Of a stretch of DNA of 64,000 nucleotides, positions 1 to 13,059 are shown in pieces (position 1 is the first letter of the stretch; each line of letters opens with the position of its first letter). A program made the translations under genes and the position numbers. Source of the stretch: Mobula hypostoma (taxonomy: Eukaryota); the NCBI RefSeq assembly GCF_963921235.1, contig NC_086097.1, positions 194,558,001 through 194,622,000 of the forward strand. The letters run 5' to 3'. Under the pieces are notes generated by a model. That model was given only the letters and a program-made list of their open reading frames with translations. It was not told the DNA's origin and searched no databases.

Positions 1-1050
1 GAGACAATAGGTCGGCCAGGACAGGCAGGTTTGTGGATCTTGGGTAGGAGGTAGAAACGGGAAGTGCGGGGTGTGGGAACTATAAGGTTGGTAGCAGTGG
101 ATGGGAGATCCCCTGAGCGGATAAAGTCGTTGATAGTGTGGGAGACAATGGCCTGGTGCTCCTTAGTGGGGTCACGATCGAGGGGTAAATAAGAGGAGGT
201 ATCCGCGAGTTGTCACTGAGCCTCGGCAAGGTAGGGGTCAGTACGCCAGAATACAACAGCACCCGCTTTATCAGCAGGTTTAATAATAATGTTAGGATTA
301 GTGCGGAGGGAGCGGAGAGCAGAGCGTTCCGAAGGAGTGAGGTTGGAATGGGGACAAGGTGCGGTGAAGTCGAGACGGTTGATGTCCCGTCGGCAGTTGG
401 CAATAAAGAGATCCAGAGCAGGCAGAAGACCAGAGCGGGGTGTCCATGAAGAAGAGGAGGGTTGAAGACGGGAGAAGGGGTCATCGGTGGGGGTGGAAGA
501 ATCCTTGCCGAAGAAGTAGGCTCGGAGACGGAGACGGCGGAAGAAAAGTTCCGCATCGTGGCGAACACGGAACTCGCTGAGGTGTGGGCGAAGGGGGACA
601 AACGTGAGGCCCTTACTAAGAACAGAGCGTTCTGCCTCCGACAGTTGAAGGTCGGAGGGGATGGTAAAGACCCGGCACGGATGAGAGCTGGGATCAGAGG
701 GGGGAGGGGGGAGGCTGGGGGTGTCAGTGGAGAGGGGAGGGTTGGGGTGAGAGGAAGATGGAGCCTCTGAGGGCCCAGGAGCTGACGGTGGGATCTGAGG
801 GAGACAGGATTGCAGAGTATTGGTGGGGGAAAGGGAGACGGGAGTCACAACAGCAGCACATAAAGACCCGGCCTGGAGTTCAAGGCTGGAGTCGCAGTTG
901 GTGGTTGCGCGATCGCTTTGAATGTCTCCATGGTCGTTGCTGGAGTCCGGGTTTTGAATATGTCCTGAGGTGTTGGAGCCGCCGAGACCAACGGCAGGAG
1001 CCGCAACCGAAAGTTCATGCCTGCTAGCGTCGGGGCCGGCAGGCTCTGCA
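1..1050 (-). mobile_element. Penelope-like retroelement, N-terminal/RT-start fragment (runs off the window start)
   Basis: ORF 213..848(-) has PLE motifs (LSEAERSVLSKGLTFVP, FFRRLRLRAYF, IIIKPADKAGAVV). After a TGA the frame continues ...FYLLPKIHKPACPGRPIVS. Confidence 0.9.
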
Positions 1051-1077
1051 GTTTATGGACTGAGTGCAGGTCAGTGG

Positions 1078-1222
1078 TGTAATATTGATGTGACTTGGAC
1101 ACCACTGTAGATTGAACAGCCAACTTTATTCACCAGACTTCCAGTTTTTTTTTAAAAACCCTTTTCCACGTCCTGACATCATATGCACTCTGATGCTACG
1201 AATACTCACACCATACATTACA
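1078..1222 (-). repeat. 3' LTR of the ARF-carrying Gypsy element
   Basis: About 145 bp, TG...CA termini, roughly 88% identical by eye to 6794-6937. Adjacent to the PPT. Confidence 0.92.
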
Positions 1223-1237
1223 TCCCCCTTCTCAAAA
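1223..1237 (-). other. Polypurine tract
   Basis: Minus strand reads TTTTGAGAAGGGGGA immediately before the 3' LTR. Confidence 0.85.
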
Positions 1238-1499
1238 TTTTTTTTAACACAGTGAATTACCAAAACAATGCCTCTAGGTGTGCCCTTCTTACAGTGCAAC
1301 AACCATGACATAAACTAAAAAAATCTTACCTTGTACTGTATTCTACATTGTATCTGACAATACTAACAGAAGTGTATTTTCTTTTACTAACATAGACTAA
1401 TAAACCTTTCATTAGTCTCTGTACCTAGCTGGAAGTTTGACTTGTCTCCCAGACCGTGTGTGATACAACTGACTGTGCTTGACCTTCATCCGTGTCAGT

Positions 1500-1915
1500 C
1501 TCTCGAGTGACCTCTCTCTTTGCGGTCTGCATCATTCTTGGTCGTTTGTTTCCATGTCTGTATCTGTGGAAATGTCCTGTGCATCAGTACGTGGAAACTC
1601 ACTCTCGCCTGTCTTCAGCAAATGCTTCCTGTTCCTCCTGTAGACTCTTCCATCCGGCATGCAAACTATGAAGGATCTTGGTTGCTGATGTCTGTTCACA
1701 ACCACAGCTGGTTGCCAAGTGTCTCCTCTCTGTATTCTGACATTTTCACCTGTATGCAGATCTGGCAACTGCCTTGTATGTCTGTCATAGTAGCTCTTTT
1801 GCTTTATTTGCTCGTATTTTTGCTTGTCATGTACTTGAGCATTACCTTCAGGAGTCAGTAGAGTTGTGGATGTTGGCAGTTTGGACTTCAGACGACGTCC
1901 CATCAACAGCTGCTT
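1500..1915 (-). pseudogene. Gypsy integrase C-terminal remnant
   Basis: ORF 1532..1927(-): QLLMGRRLKSKLP...QKSYYDRHTRQLPDL...GENVRI...PRSFIV...YRRNRKHL. Confidence 0.88.
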
Positions 1916-1989
1916 GGTCTCATCCACATCAATCTACAAATGCCAGATGTACCTGTTCATTATGACTATAATTATGGAAATAGCTGTCA

Positions 1990-4680
1990 CAAAATCCTCA
2001 TAGGAACAAAATTTGGTCTTAATCCTGATGCATTGAGAACCATCATCATCATCAGCACCTAAAATATCCAGCAGCAACATGCATTTTACAATAGCTTGAA
2101 GAAGCACTGCATGATTTAGGCACCATTTGGTTTATCCTTCCACAATCTATAATCTCATGCAATACCATATTCTTCACTAAACCATTAACATCAAGTTGAA
2201 GGGATCAATCCTGGTTCAACGAGGAGTGTAGAAAGGATTGTCGGAATAGCAGGGACACAAGTTAGAATCATTTGTATACTAAACAACCAAAACTACAACA
2301 GCAAGCAATAGACAGAGATAAGCAATCTCGTTGTCATGGTCTGGTCCGAAATCCACTTTCTGGTTCACGGTCTGGTCCGTGGACTCCGGATTCCGGGTCT
2401 TCCGGCTGTCCCTTGTTTCAGTTTGACTTAACCATAAGCACCTGATGCTCTGTCGTCTGCTGAGGTTACTGGCCACCTTGAGTCTTGGAGCCACACTGGA
2501 CTTTGCTCCTTTCCTGTCCCTTGCCTCTGTTGGGTAAGCTATGCTGTTTCCTGTTACCCTGTGATTGGGTCTGTCCCTCCCTGTCCTTGCCTCTGTGGGG
2601 TGGAGTCCTGTGTCCTGCCCAGGGGTCCTGTAGGAGTCCCCTTGAGGAACTGGAGCCTTATCACTTCTTTGCCTGTCTTTGGGGTCTGAACCTGAGTCAA
2701 GACCCAGGTTCTGGGTCCTTTTCCAGTCTCTGGCTTGGAGTCCATGCCCAGGCTCCTTGTTCCCAGTCCCTTGTCCTGGTCCTGCTTCCCTAGTCTAGTC
2801 TGTGTCCTGTCCTGTCATTTAGTTTTGTCTGTTCCTGTCCCATGTACTTCAGTGTCTGTCTCTTGCATTAGGGTCTGTTCCCAATGACACCCACTATGAC
2901 ACTTGTAGTCAGTGGAGCAGTTTTTATGGATTGTCCTATCTCAAATAATGGATTGGTCACAATATTATTTGTAAGACTCTGACTGTAAAACTGGATCAGC
3001 CTCATACTTATATTAGGATATGGTGTCTTTAATGAGTTTGTATTCTGATTTGGTAAATGATGTTTGTCACTTGATTGTGTTTGTAATTAATTAAGTTAAA
3101 CTGCTGCAATTTCCTGCAAATCATTGGATTGGTTCTGGTTTCTGTTGACATTTTCTGTATTTATTATCTTGAATTTGCTGGTCTTTTATTATGTATACTT
3201 GCTAAGCATTGGGCCCTGTATTTCCACAAGGAACTCCTCAGTTTCTGGGAAGAGATCACCGACTCTGATCCAGGCATTCAATGCTTTCTTGTTGATATCT
3301 ACTGCTCAGATTGAGAGGATGTCTTCCATGGAGGGTGATGCTCTTTCATTGAATAACCTTTTTATCTATAGTGATAACTTCATTTCTCTGGGTTGTGTTT
3401 TCTTTAAGTGGTGTGTATTTATTATCAGAATTGCATGTGTACATGGAGTGCTGAATCCAGTTTTCATTAATGAAAATATATCTTTACAAGTTTTATCTGA
3501 CATCTGTCTGATTTTTTTTATGTCTGTAATCCCTCTTCCTCTTCCTGTGCTAGGTAGTGTTAATCTAAATAAGTTTGAGTGTACATAGTGTTTTCTAAAA
3601 TTTGTCATTTTGTTTCTTATCTTTCTTTGTAAATTTTCCAGATCGGTTTAGGACCAAGATATTATGACAAAAGAATATGCTAATAAAGGTATAGGGAATA
3701 TGTTTGTTGCCTTTGTTTTATTTTAACTGTTGTGCTCTCTTTGGCAGATTTTCTTAAGCCTTGAAGTAAATTCTGTTGGAAGTTTTCCCTTTAACAGACT
3801 ATAATGTATTTTCTTTGCTTGTTGACGTCCCCAATCTTTATATGTTTTGCATTCATCCATCAGCTGTATTCTGTTGCTCTGTTTTGTATTCTACTAGCTC
3901 TATTGCACTATTTTCAAAAAATAATTCTACTATTTGTATTAATTCCTTTGGATTTACTAATGAAGGAGCATATAAGGTCAAATTGTTCATGTATAGAAGG
4001 TTCATAAAGGTATAATTAATTTGGTTGTTTCTGATTTAATGCCTTATTTTCATCTGACTCAGTAAGTTGGTCAGTTTAAAGCTCGGCAAAACCATAGTAG
4101 ATTTAAGGAGTTGCCCTGAAAAATACCTCAGTTTATTTTGTTAAGGGTAGTTCTTTTCTGGTTAATAGATAGGGTGATTATACCTACGCCAATGCTTCAT
4201 CAGACATTGTAGGAATTTCACACGTATTGGGTTTAGATCTTCTATTAACCATGAACGTGACAGAATCAAGTGCTTTTTGGTAGTCAATATAACATAAAAT
4301 ATTTTTGCTCTTCCATCAGGCTTGATTTAGAATTACAGAATCTATTATCAGTGGTTTACAACCTTCCTTGCCCTTGCAGTGTCCTTTCTGCTCTTTCGTA
4401 AGTATTTTATGGTTATCTAAGTGATGTGTGATTAATTACAAGATGTATGATGTTATTTTGTATCTAGTTTGTAAACAATTAATAGGACTATATGTTAATG
4501 GATCATTTGTAATTTCTCCTTTTGGTAAGAGTTTTTTTTTACTTTCTGGCAAAAATGTGGGCACTTTTTCAATATTTTAAAGACAATTTTTTTTACATGT
4601 ACAAATAGATATGGATGAAGGCAAGTAAATTTTTATACCAACAATTGAGTGTTACCACTGCTGTTACTGTTCCATAACAT
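1990..4680 (-). mobile_element. Decayed R4/Dong-clade (Rex6-like) non-LTR retrotransposon, interrupted by a solo LTR
   Basis: Manual minus-strand translations: TYSPINCLQTRYK (~4480), ILTKEQKGHCKGKEGCK.LIIDSVI (~4370), IDYQKALDSV (~4280), RLTLPSTGRGRGITDIK (ORF 3366..3608), GDLFPETEEFLVEIQ (~3240) and a degenerate Zn-knuckle (~3140). Confidence 0.75.
2332..2901. mobile_element. Solo LTR
   Basis: Inverted termini TGTCAT...ATGACA. Flanks CTCGT (2327-2331) and CTTGT (2902-2906) form a 5-bp TSD with one CpG transition. No coding content. Confidence 0.8.
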
Positions 4681-4684
4681 CATT

Positions 4685-5862
4685 AGACCATAAGACAATA
4701 AGACATAGGAGCAGAATTAGGCCATTTGGCCCATTGAGCCAGCTCCACCATTCAACCATGGCTGAGCCTTTTTTTCCCTCCTCCTCAACCCCAGTTCCCG
4801 GCCTTCTCATAACCTTTGATGCCATGTCCAATCAAGAACCTATCAGTCTGCCTTAAATACACCCAACGACCTGTCCTCCACAGCGGCATGCAGCAACAAA
4901 TTACACAGATTCACCACCCTTTGTATAAAGAAATTTCTCCATCTGTTTTGAAAGGGCGCCCCTCTATCCTGAAGCTGTGTCCTCTTGTCCTAGACACTCC
5001 CACCATGGGAAACATCCTTTCCACGTCTACTGTCTAGGCCTTTCAACATTCAAAAGGTTTCAATGAGATCCCCCTCATCCTTCTGAATTTCAGCGAGTAC
5101 AGACCAAGAGCCATCAAACGTTCCTCGTATGATAACACTTTCATTCCTGGAATCATCCTTGTGAACCTCCTCTGGACCCTCTCCAATGCCAGCACATCTT
5201 TTCTAAGATGAGGGGCCCAAAGCTGTTCAGAATACTCAAGGTGAGGCCTCATCAGTGCTTTATAAAACCTCAGCATCACATCTTTCCTCTTGTGTTCTAG
5301 ACCTCTTGAAATTAATGCTAACATGGCATTTGCTTTCCTCACCACTGACTCAACCTGCAAGTTAACCTTCAGGGTCTTCTGCACAAGCACGCCCAAGTCC
5401 CTCTGCATCTCAGATTCCTGGATTTTCTCCCCATTTAGAAAATAGTCTGCACATTTATTTCTACTACCAAAGTGCATGACCATGCATTTTCCAACATTGT
5501 ATTTCATTTGTTATTTTCTTGTCCATTCTCCTAATCTGTCTAAGTCCTTCTGCATCCTACCTATTTCAACACTACCTGCCCCTCCACCAATCTTTGCATC
5601 ATCTGCAAACTTGGCAACAAAGCCATGAATGCCATCATCTAAATTATTTATATACAGCATAGAAACAAATGGTCCCAACAATGACCCCTGCGGAACACCA
5701 TTAATCACTGGCAGCCAACCAGAAAAGGATCCTTTTATTCCCACTTGCTGCCTCCTACCAATCAGCCAATGCTCCAACCTTGTTAGTAACTTTCCTGTAA
5801 TACCATGGGCCTTGCGAAAGACCTTCTGAAAGTCCAGATATACAACATCCACTGCATGCCCT
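4685..5862 (-). mobile_element. CR1 LINE 3' fragment
   Basis: RT motifs VDVVYLDFQK, GVPQGSLLGP, KFADDAK and RPHLEY..LWAPH. 3' tail repeats near 4685-4710. Confidence 0.92.
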
Positions 5863-6097
5863 TTAATGTGCAGTTCTTTTCTTGGCTTATAGGTGACTGT
5901 GAGAGTGTACCTCTGTAGCCTGAGAGGCATCCTTTGCAGCCTCATAGGAGCTTGGTAGAGTGGCTTTTTGAAGATGCTTTCAAGTGGTTTGTGATCACTC
6001 TCAACCTGGATTTCTTTGCCATATACATATTGGTGGAACCTCTCACACCCATAAACTATGGCGAGTAATTCCTTCTCGATTTGAGCATATTGACGTG
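5863..6097 (-). pseudogene. Gypsy RNase H remnant
   Basis: RQYAQIEKELLAIVYGCERFHQYVYGKEIQVESDHKPLESIFKKPL...RLQRY within ORF 5511..6404(-). Confidence 0.92.
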
Positions 6098-6237
6098 GTG
6101 TGTGTGCATGCAATGTCAGAGCGTCAGCAGAGTAGCCACAGTCAGGAAGTACTTTGGTGGGTGGATTCCCGGACGGCATCGGCAAAGCGTGAAGCGAGGA
6201 ATGCGCTGGCTGATTAATTAACTGGGCCAAAAGCACC

Positions 6238-6772
<535 letters not shown>

Positions 6773-6775
6773 TCC

Positions 6776-6793
6776 ATCCCATTTCTGACACCA
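6776..6793 (-). other. Primer-binding site, tRNA-Leu type
   Basis: Minus strand TGGTGTCAGAAATGGGAT directly after the 5' LTR. One mismatch from the TGGTGTCAGAAGTGGGAT tRNA-Leu PBS known from Gypsy elements. Confidence 0.85.
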
Positions 6794-6937
6794 TGTAATA
6801 GTGATGTAACTCGGTCACCGCTGTAGATTGAACAACCAACTTTATTCACCAGACTTCCAGGTTTTTTTTTAAACCCTTTTCCACATCCTGATGTCATACG
6901 CACTCTGACGCTACGAATACTCACACAATAAACTACA
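6794..6937 (-). repeat. 5' LTR of the ARF-carrying Gypsy element
   Basis: Direct repeat of 1078-1222, TG...CA termini, adjacent PBS and TSD. Confidence 0.92.
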
Positions 6938-7025
6938 AGTGGGACTAGGTAAGAGTAAGCATTCGGCATGGACTAGAAGGGTCGAGATGGCCTGTTTCTG
7001 TGCTGTAATTGTTATATAGTTGTAT
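6938..7025 (+). mobile_element. CR1 3' UTR/tail, the target of the LTR insertion (other half at ~1051-1077)
   Basis: Removing the LTR element restores tatggactgagtgcaggtc-agtgg-gactaggtaagagtaagcattcggcatggactagaagggtcgagatggcctgtttctgtgctgt. This resembles the CR1 tail at ~46630-46745. Confidence 0.75.
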
Positions 7026-8530
7026 CTTGTGTGGTCAAATGCATAGTTGCAAGTCCCTTAGTCCATGTTCTAAACCATTAATACAGATTGTAAACAGCAG
7101 AGGTCCTAGAACCATTCCTTGTAGCACCCATTGGACACAGTTTTCCAATCAGAAAATCAATTTGTTACATAAAAAATGTAAGAAATAGGAGCAGGAGTGC
7201 AGGAGTTTGTCATCTAGCCCTCTGCAGTATTCAATAAGATCATGGCTGATCTAGCCGGGAACTCAGCTCCACCATTCTGCCTTTTCCCCAGAACTCTTAA
7301 TTCACCCATGCAAAAAATCTACCTAACTGTGAGAAGTATATTTAATGAACTGCCTTTACTGCTTCCATCAGCAGAGAACTCCACAGATTCACTACACTGT
7401 GCGAAAAGCAATTTCTCCTCATCTTTATCCCAAGTCTAAATCTATTCCTCTGCTCTTGAGGCAATGCCCCCTAGTTCTTGTCTCAGTAGTGGAAACAACT
7501 TTGCTGGCTCTATCTTGTATATCTTTTTCATAATTTTTTTTTGTTTCTATAAGATTCCCTCTCATTCTTTTGAATTCCAGCAAATATAGTGCCAGGTGCT
7601 TCGATGTCTCCTCATAGGGTAACCCTCTCATCTCCGGAATCAGCCTACCTCCTCCGCACTACCTGCCAGTATAGATTTCCTCAAGTAAGGAGACCAGATA
7701 CGCACAGGTTACTTTAGGTTTGGCCTCAGCAGCATAACCTTCTGGTTCTTCAATTCAGGCTCTGTTGCAATGAAGGCTAATATTCCACTTGACTTCTTGA
7801 TAATCAGTTGCATCAGTGAACTAGCCTTCTGTGACTAATGCACAAGCATTCCCAAGTTCCTCTGCACAACTGCATACTGCAATATTTCACTATTTAAATA
7901 ATCATCCGATGTTCAAAATTTCCTTTTAAAGTGTATGACCTCACATTTACCAGAATTATATTCCATCTGTCAAACCCTTGCCTTCTCATTTACCTTCAAT
8001 GTCTCTCTGCAGATTCTCCACATCCCCTACACAATTTGCTTTTCCACACTATTTAATGATATAAGCAAACTTACATACACTATACTTGGCCCCTCTTCCA
8101 AATTGTCAACGTACGAGGTTTAGAATCCTGTTGGCTTGCTTATATTGTTTACATGATTTCTTTTTTCTCTTTCTCTGTGCAGTGGTTTTTGGTCGTTGTA
8201 AAAATGATGTTATGCGGGTTTCTTGCTTTGTGGCTGCCTGTTAGCAGACAAATTTCAAGGTGTATAATTTATAAATCCTTTAAATCTTGTTTTTCATGAA
8301 CAGTTGCAGGTCCTGTACTGACACCTGTGGTGCTCTGTTCACCACTGACTGCCAAGGGAAACAACCATTTTCCTCACTGTCTTCTATTGCTTAACCAACC
8401 CTCTACTCATGCTCATACCTTACTGTCAACTCCATGCATCCTTATCTAATAGATAATTATTTTATGTAACACCTAATTGATCACTTTTTGGAAATCCAAG
8501 TTTCCACCATCCACCTGTTGCCCACTATCC

Positions 8531-10330
8531 TTAATTAGGAAAGGGAAAAAAGATTGAGAGAAAGCTGGCTGGGAACATAAAAACTGACTGTAAAAGCTAT
8601 TATAGGTATGTGAAAAGAAAAAGATTGGTTAAGACAAATGTAGGTCCCTTACTGTCTGAAACAGGTGAATTGACCGTGGGGGAACAAGGACATGGCAGAC
8701 CAATTGAATAATCACTTTGATTCTGTCTTCACTAAGGAGGACATTAATAATCTTCTGGAAATAGTTGCGGACCGAAGGTTTAGTGAGATGGAGGAACTGA
8801 GGGAAATGTATGTCAGTAGGGAAGTGGTGTTAGGTAAATTGAAGGGATTAAATACAGATAAATCCCCAGGGCCAGATGGTCCGCATCCCAGAGTGCTTAA
8901 GGAAGTAGCCCAAGAAATAATGGATGCATTAGTGATAATTTTTCAAAACTCTTTAGATTCTGGATTAGTTCCTGAGGATTGGAGGGTGGCTAATGTTAAC
9001 CCGCTTTTTAAAAAAGGAGGGAGAGAGAAACTGGGAAAGTATAGACCGGTTAGCCTGACATCGGTGGAGGGGAAAATGCTAGAGTCAGTTTATCAAGGAT
9101 GTGATAACAGCACATTTGGAAAGCGGTGAAATCATCAGACAGTCAGCATGGATTTGTGAAAGGCAAATCATGTCTTCCGAATCTCATAGAATTTTTTGAG
9201 GAAGTAACTAGTTGCGTGGATAGGGGAGAACCAGTGGATGTGGTATATTTGGATTTTTCAAAAGGAATAAAGAGTGGGAATAAACGGGACCTTTTCAGAA
9301 TGGCAAGCAGTGATTAGTGGGGTACTGCAAGGCTCAGTGCTGGGACCCCAGTTGTTTACAATATATATTAATGATTTAGACGAGGGAATTAAATGCAGCA
9401 TCTCCAAGTTTGCAGATGACACAAAGCTGGGTGGCAGTGTTAGCTGTGAGGAGGATGCTAAGAGGATGCAGGGTGACTTGGATAGGTTAGGTGAGTGGGC
9501 AAATTCATGGCAGATGCAATTTAATGTGGATAAATGTGAGGTTACCCACTTTGGTGGCAAGAACAGGAAAACAAATTATTATCTGAATGGTGGCTCCTTA
9601 GGAAAAGGGGAGGGGCAATGAGACCTGGGTGTTATTGTACACCAGTCATTGAAAGTGGGCATGCAGGTACCGCAGGTGGTGAAAAAGGCGAATGGTATGT
9701 TGACATTCATAGTAAGAGGATTTGAGTACAGGAGTAGGGAGGTTCTACTGCAGTTGTACAAGGCCTTGGTGAGATCACACCTGGAGTATTGTGTGCAATT
9801 TTGGTCCCCTAATCTGCGGAAAGACATTCTTGCCATAGAGGGAGTACAAAGAAGGTTCAACAGATTGATTCCTGGGATGGCAGGACTTTCATATGAATGA
9901 AGACTGGATCAACTAGGCTTGTACTCCCTGGAATTTAGAAGATTGAGGGGGGATCTTATTGAAACGTATAAAATTCTAAAGGAATTGGACAGGCTAGATG
10001 CAAAAAGATTGTTCCCGATGTTGGGGAATTTCAGAACGAGGGGTCACAGTTTAAGGATAAAGGGGAAGCCTTTTGGGACTGAGATGAGGAGAAACTTATT
10101 CACGCAGAGTGGTGAATCTGTGGAATTCTCTGCCACAGGAAACAGTTGAGGCCAGTTCATTGGCTATGCTTAAGAGGGAGTTAGATATGGCCCTTGTGAC
10201 TAAAGGGATCGGGGGTATGGAGAGAAAGCAGGTACACGGTTCTGAGTTGGATGATTAGCCATAATCATACTGAATGGCGGTGCAGGCTTGAAGGGCCGAA
10301 TTGCCTACTCCTGCACCTATTTTCTGTTTC
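8531..10330 (+). mobile_element. CR1 LINE, 5'-truncated
   Basis: ORFs 8692..10149: KSPGPDG, YRPVSLTS, QHGFVKGKSCL, KFADDTKLGG. 3' tail present. CTATCC occurs at both junctions. Confidence 0.93.
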
Positions 10331-10450
10331 TATCCACTGCATTCATTATCTCCTCAAAGAAATTGGGTAAGTTTGTCAAACAGGAATCCATGCTGTCAGC
10401 CTGATAGAATTACTTCTATCCAGATGTCTTGCTATATCTTCCTCAATGGT

Positions 10451-12842
10451 CTGTCACTCTCTGTCGAGGTACTATATCCGATGCGGACATTGGTGACCAT
10501 GGTTTTCCATATCGATCTATCCCTCTTTCTTTGGATGACTTCCATTTCCTTGATGTGTAGCCACCTGGCTAGGCCTTCGATGTACATAAGCCGAGGTCTT
10601 CCTCTAGGTTTGCTCCCCTTGATCTTTCCAGAGAGTATGAGGTTTTTCTAGTTCGTCTTTCCACATGTGTCCTAGGAATCTGAGTTATCTTTCTCTTATT
10701 GTTGGTATGAGTGATCTAACTGCTTGGGCTCTTCTGAGAACTACTTCACTTGATGTGTGTGTGGTCCATGATATTTTTAACATTCTCCCTGTGACAAAGT
10801 TGATGCACAGTAAGATTAAAGAACTAACGGGGAAGTGACCTTGCTCAGCAAGTGGATGCATCAAGGCAAAAGACGGCAGTTTAATTATGAGCAAACAGGA
10901 AATCCTAAACAGTTGGACAGAATATATTAAAGAACTTTTTGAAGACCAAAGAAGAGAAAAACCGAACATAAATAAGAACCTTGAAGGACCTAGCATTCTA
11001 AAATCAAATTTGAGCAGCCATAAATAAAACAAAACATAACAGAGCAACTGGTCCAGACAACATCGCTGTTGAAATGATACTGGCCTTAGAAGATTTTGGA
11101 ATAGAGAAAATAACAAATAGCAAATGAAATCTATGATCATGGGGAGATACCTGATGATTTAAGTAAATCAGTGTTCATCACCCTTCCAAAGAAAGAGGGA
11201 GCAACAGAATGTGAGTTATATTGTACAATAAGCTTGATGAGCCATATGGCGAAAATTATTTTCAGTAATCAAGATGAGAGCAAGAGGCAGTATAAAACAG
11301 GAAATCAGTAAAGAACAATGCGGCTTTGTGGAAAACACTGGAACCAGAAATGCAATTTTCATGCTACGGATGATCTGCGAACGAGCCATCCAGGTACAAA
11401 AAGACATCTACCTGTGTTTCATCGACTATGCAAAAGCTTTTGACACTGTCAGACACTAAAATCTTCTGGAAATGCTTCAAGATCTTGAGATAGATGGGAA
11501 AGATATACAATAAACAATAGACAATAGGTGCAGCAGTGGTCCATTCGGCCCTTCAAGCCAGCACCACCCTTCACTGTGATCATGACTGATCATCCACGAT
11601 CAGTACCCCGTTCCTGTCTTCTCCCCATATCCCTTGACTCCACTATCATTAAGAGCTCTATTTAACTCTTTCTTGAAAGCATCCAGAGAATTGGCCTCCA
11701 CTGCCTTCTGAGGCAGAGCATTCCACAGATCCACAACTCTCTGGGTGAAAAAGTTTTTCCTCAACTCCGTTCTAAATGGCCTACCCCTTATTCTCACATT
11801 GTGGCCTCTGGTTCTGGACTCCCCCAACATCAGGAACATGTTTCCTGCCTCTAGTGTGTCCAATCCCTTAATCTTATATGTTTCAATCAGATACTCTCTC
11901 ATCCTTCTAAATTCCAGTGTATACAAGCCCAGTCACTCCAATATTTCAACATATGACAGTCCTGCCATCCCGGGAATTAACCTCGTGAACCTCTGCTGCA
12001 TTCCCTCAATAGCAAGAATGTCCTTCCTCAAATTTGGAGACCAAAACTGTACACAATACTGCAGGTGTGGTCTCACCAGGGCCCTATACAACTGCAGAAG
12101 GACCTCTTTGCTCCTATACTCAACTCCCCTTGTTATGAAGGCCAACATGCCATTAGCTTTCTTCATTGCCTGCTGTACCTGCATGCTTACTTTCAGTGAC
12201 TGATGAACAAGGACACCTAGATCTCATTGTACTTCCCCTTTTCCTCACTTGACACCATTCAAATAGTAATCTGCCTTCCTGTTCTTGCCACCAAAGTGGA
12301 TAACCTCATATTTATCCACATTGAACTGCATCTACCCACTCACCCAACCTGTCCAAATCATCCTGCATTATTTCAACATCCTCCACACATTGCACACTGC
12401 CACCCAGCTTTGTGTCATCTGCAAATTTGCTAATGTTACTTTTAATCCCTTCACCTAAATTATTAATGTATATTGTAAATAGCTGTGGTCCCAGTACCGA
12501 GCCTTGCGGTACCCCACTAGTCACCAGCTGCCATTCTGAAAGGGACCTGTTAATCCCTACTCTTTGTTTCCTGTCTGCCAACCATTTATGAACCATGTCG
12601 GTACCCTACCCCCAATATCATGTGCTCTAATTTTGCCCACTAATCTCCTATGTGGGACCTTATCAAAGGCTTTCTGAAAGTCAAGGTACACTACATCCAT
12701 TGGCTCTCCCTTGTCCATTTTCATAGTTACATCCTAAAAAAAAAAAAAAAAAATTCCAGAAGATTAGTCAAGCATGATTTCCCCTTCATAAATCCATGCT
12801 GACTCAGACTGATCCTATCACTGCTATCCAATAAAAACACGT
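10451..12842 (-). mobile_element. RTE-clade LINE with an inverted 5' segment
   Basis: 3' end on the minus strand at 10451-10788 (RMLKISWT, GKIKGSKPRGRPR). Upstream RT part on the plus strand at 10789-11505 (EQCGFVENTGTRNAIFMLR, CFIDYAKAFDTVRH). TSD TTCCTCAATGGT at 10439-10450 and 12843-12854. Confidence 0.85.
11508..12830 (-). mobile_element. CR1 LINE 3' fragment nested in the RTE
   Basis: ORFs 11600..12596(-) carry RT motifs. Tail repeats at ~11510-11526. Confidence 0.92.
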
Positions 12843-13059
12843 TTCCTCAATGGTAGCTTCAAGAATTTTCTCAATGACAGATGTTAAATTAACTGGCCTA
12901 TTATTACCTGCCTTTTGTGTGCATCCATTATTTTTAACAGTGGCATGATATTCACTGTCTTCCAATCTGTTAGGATCTTTCCAGAGTTGAGAAAATTTGG
13001 TAAGTTATCACAAATGTTTCTACTATAACTTCAATCATTTCTCCCAGTACCCTTAGGTT

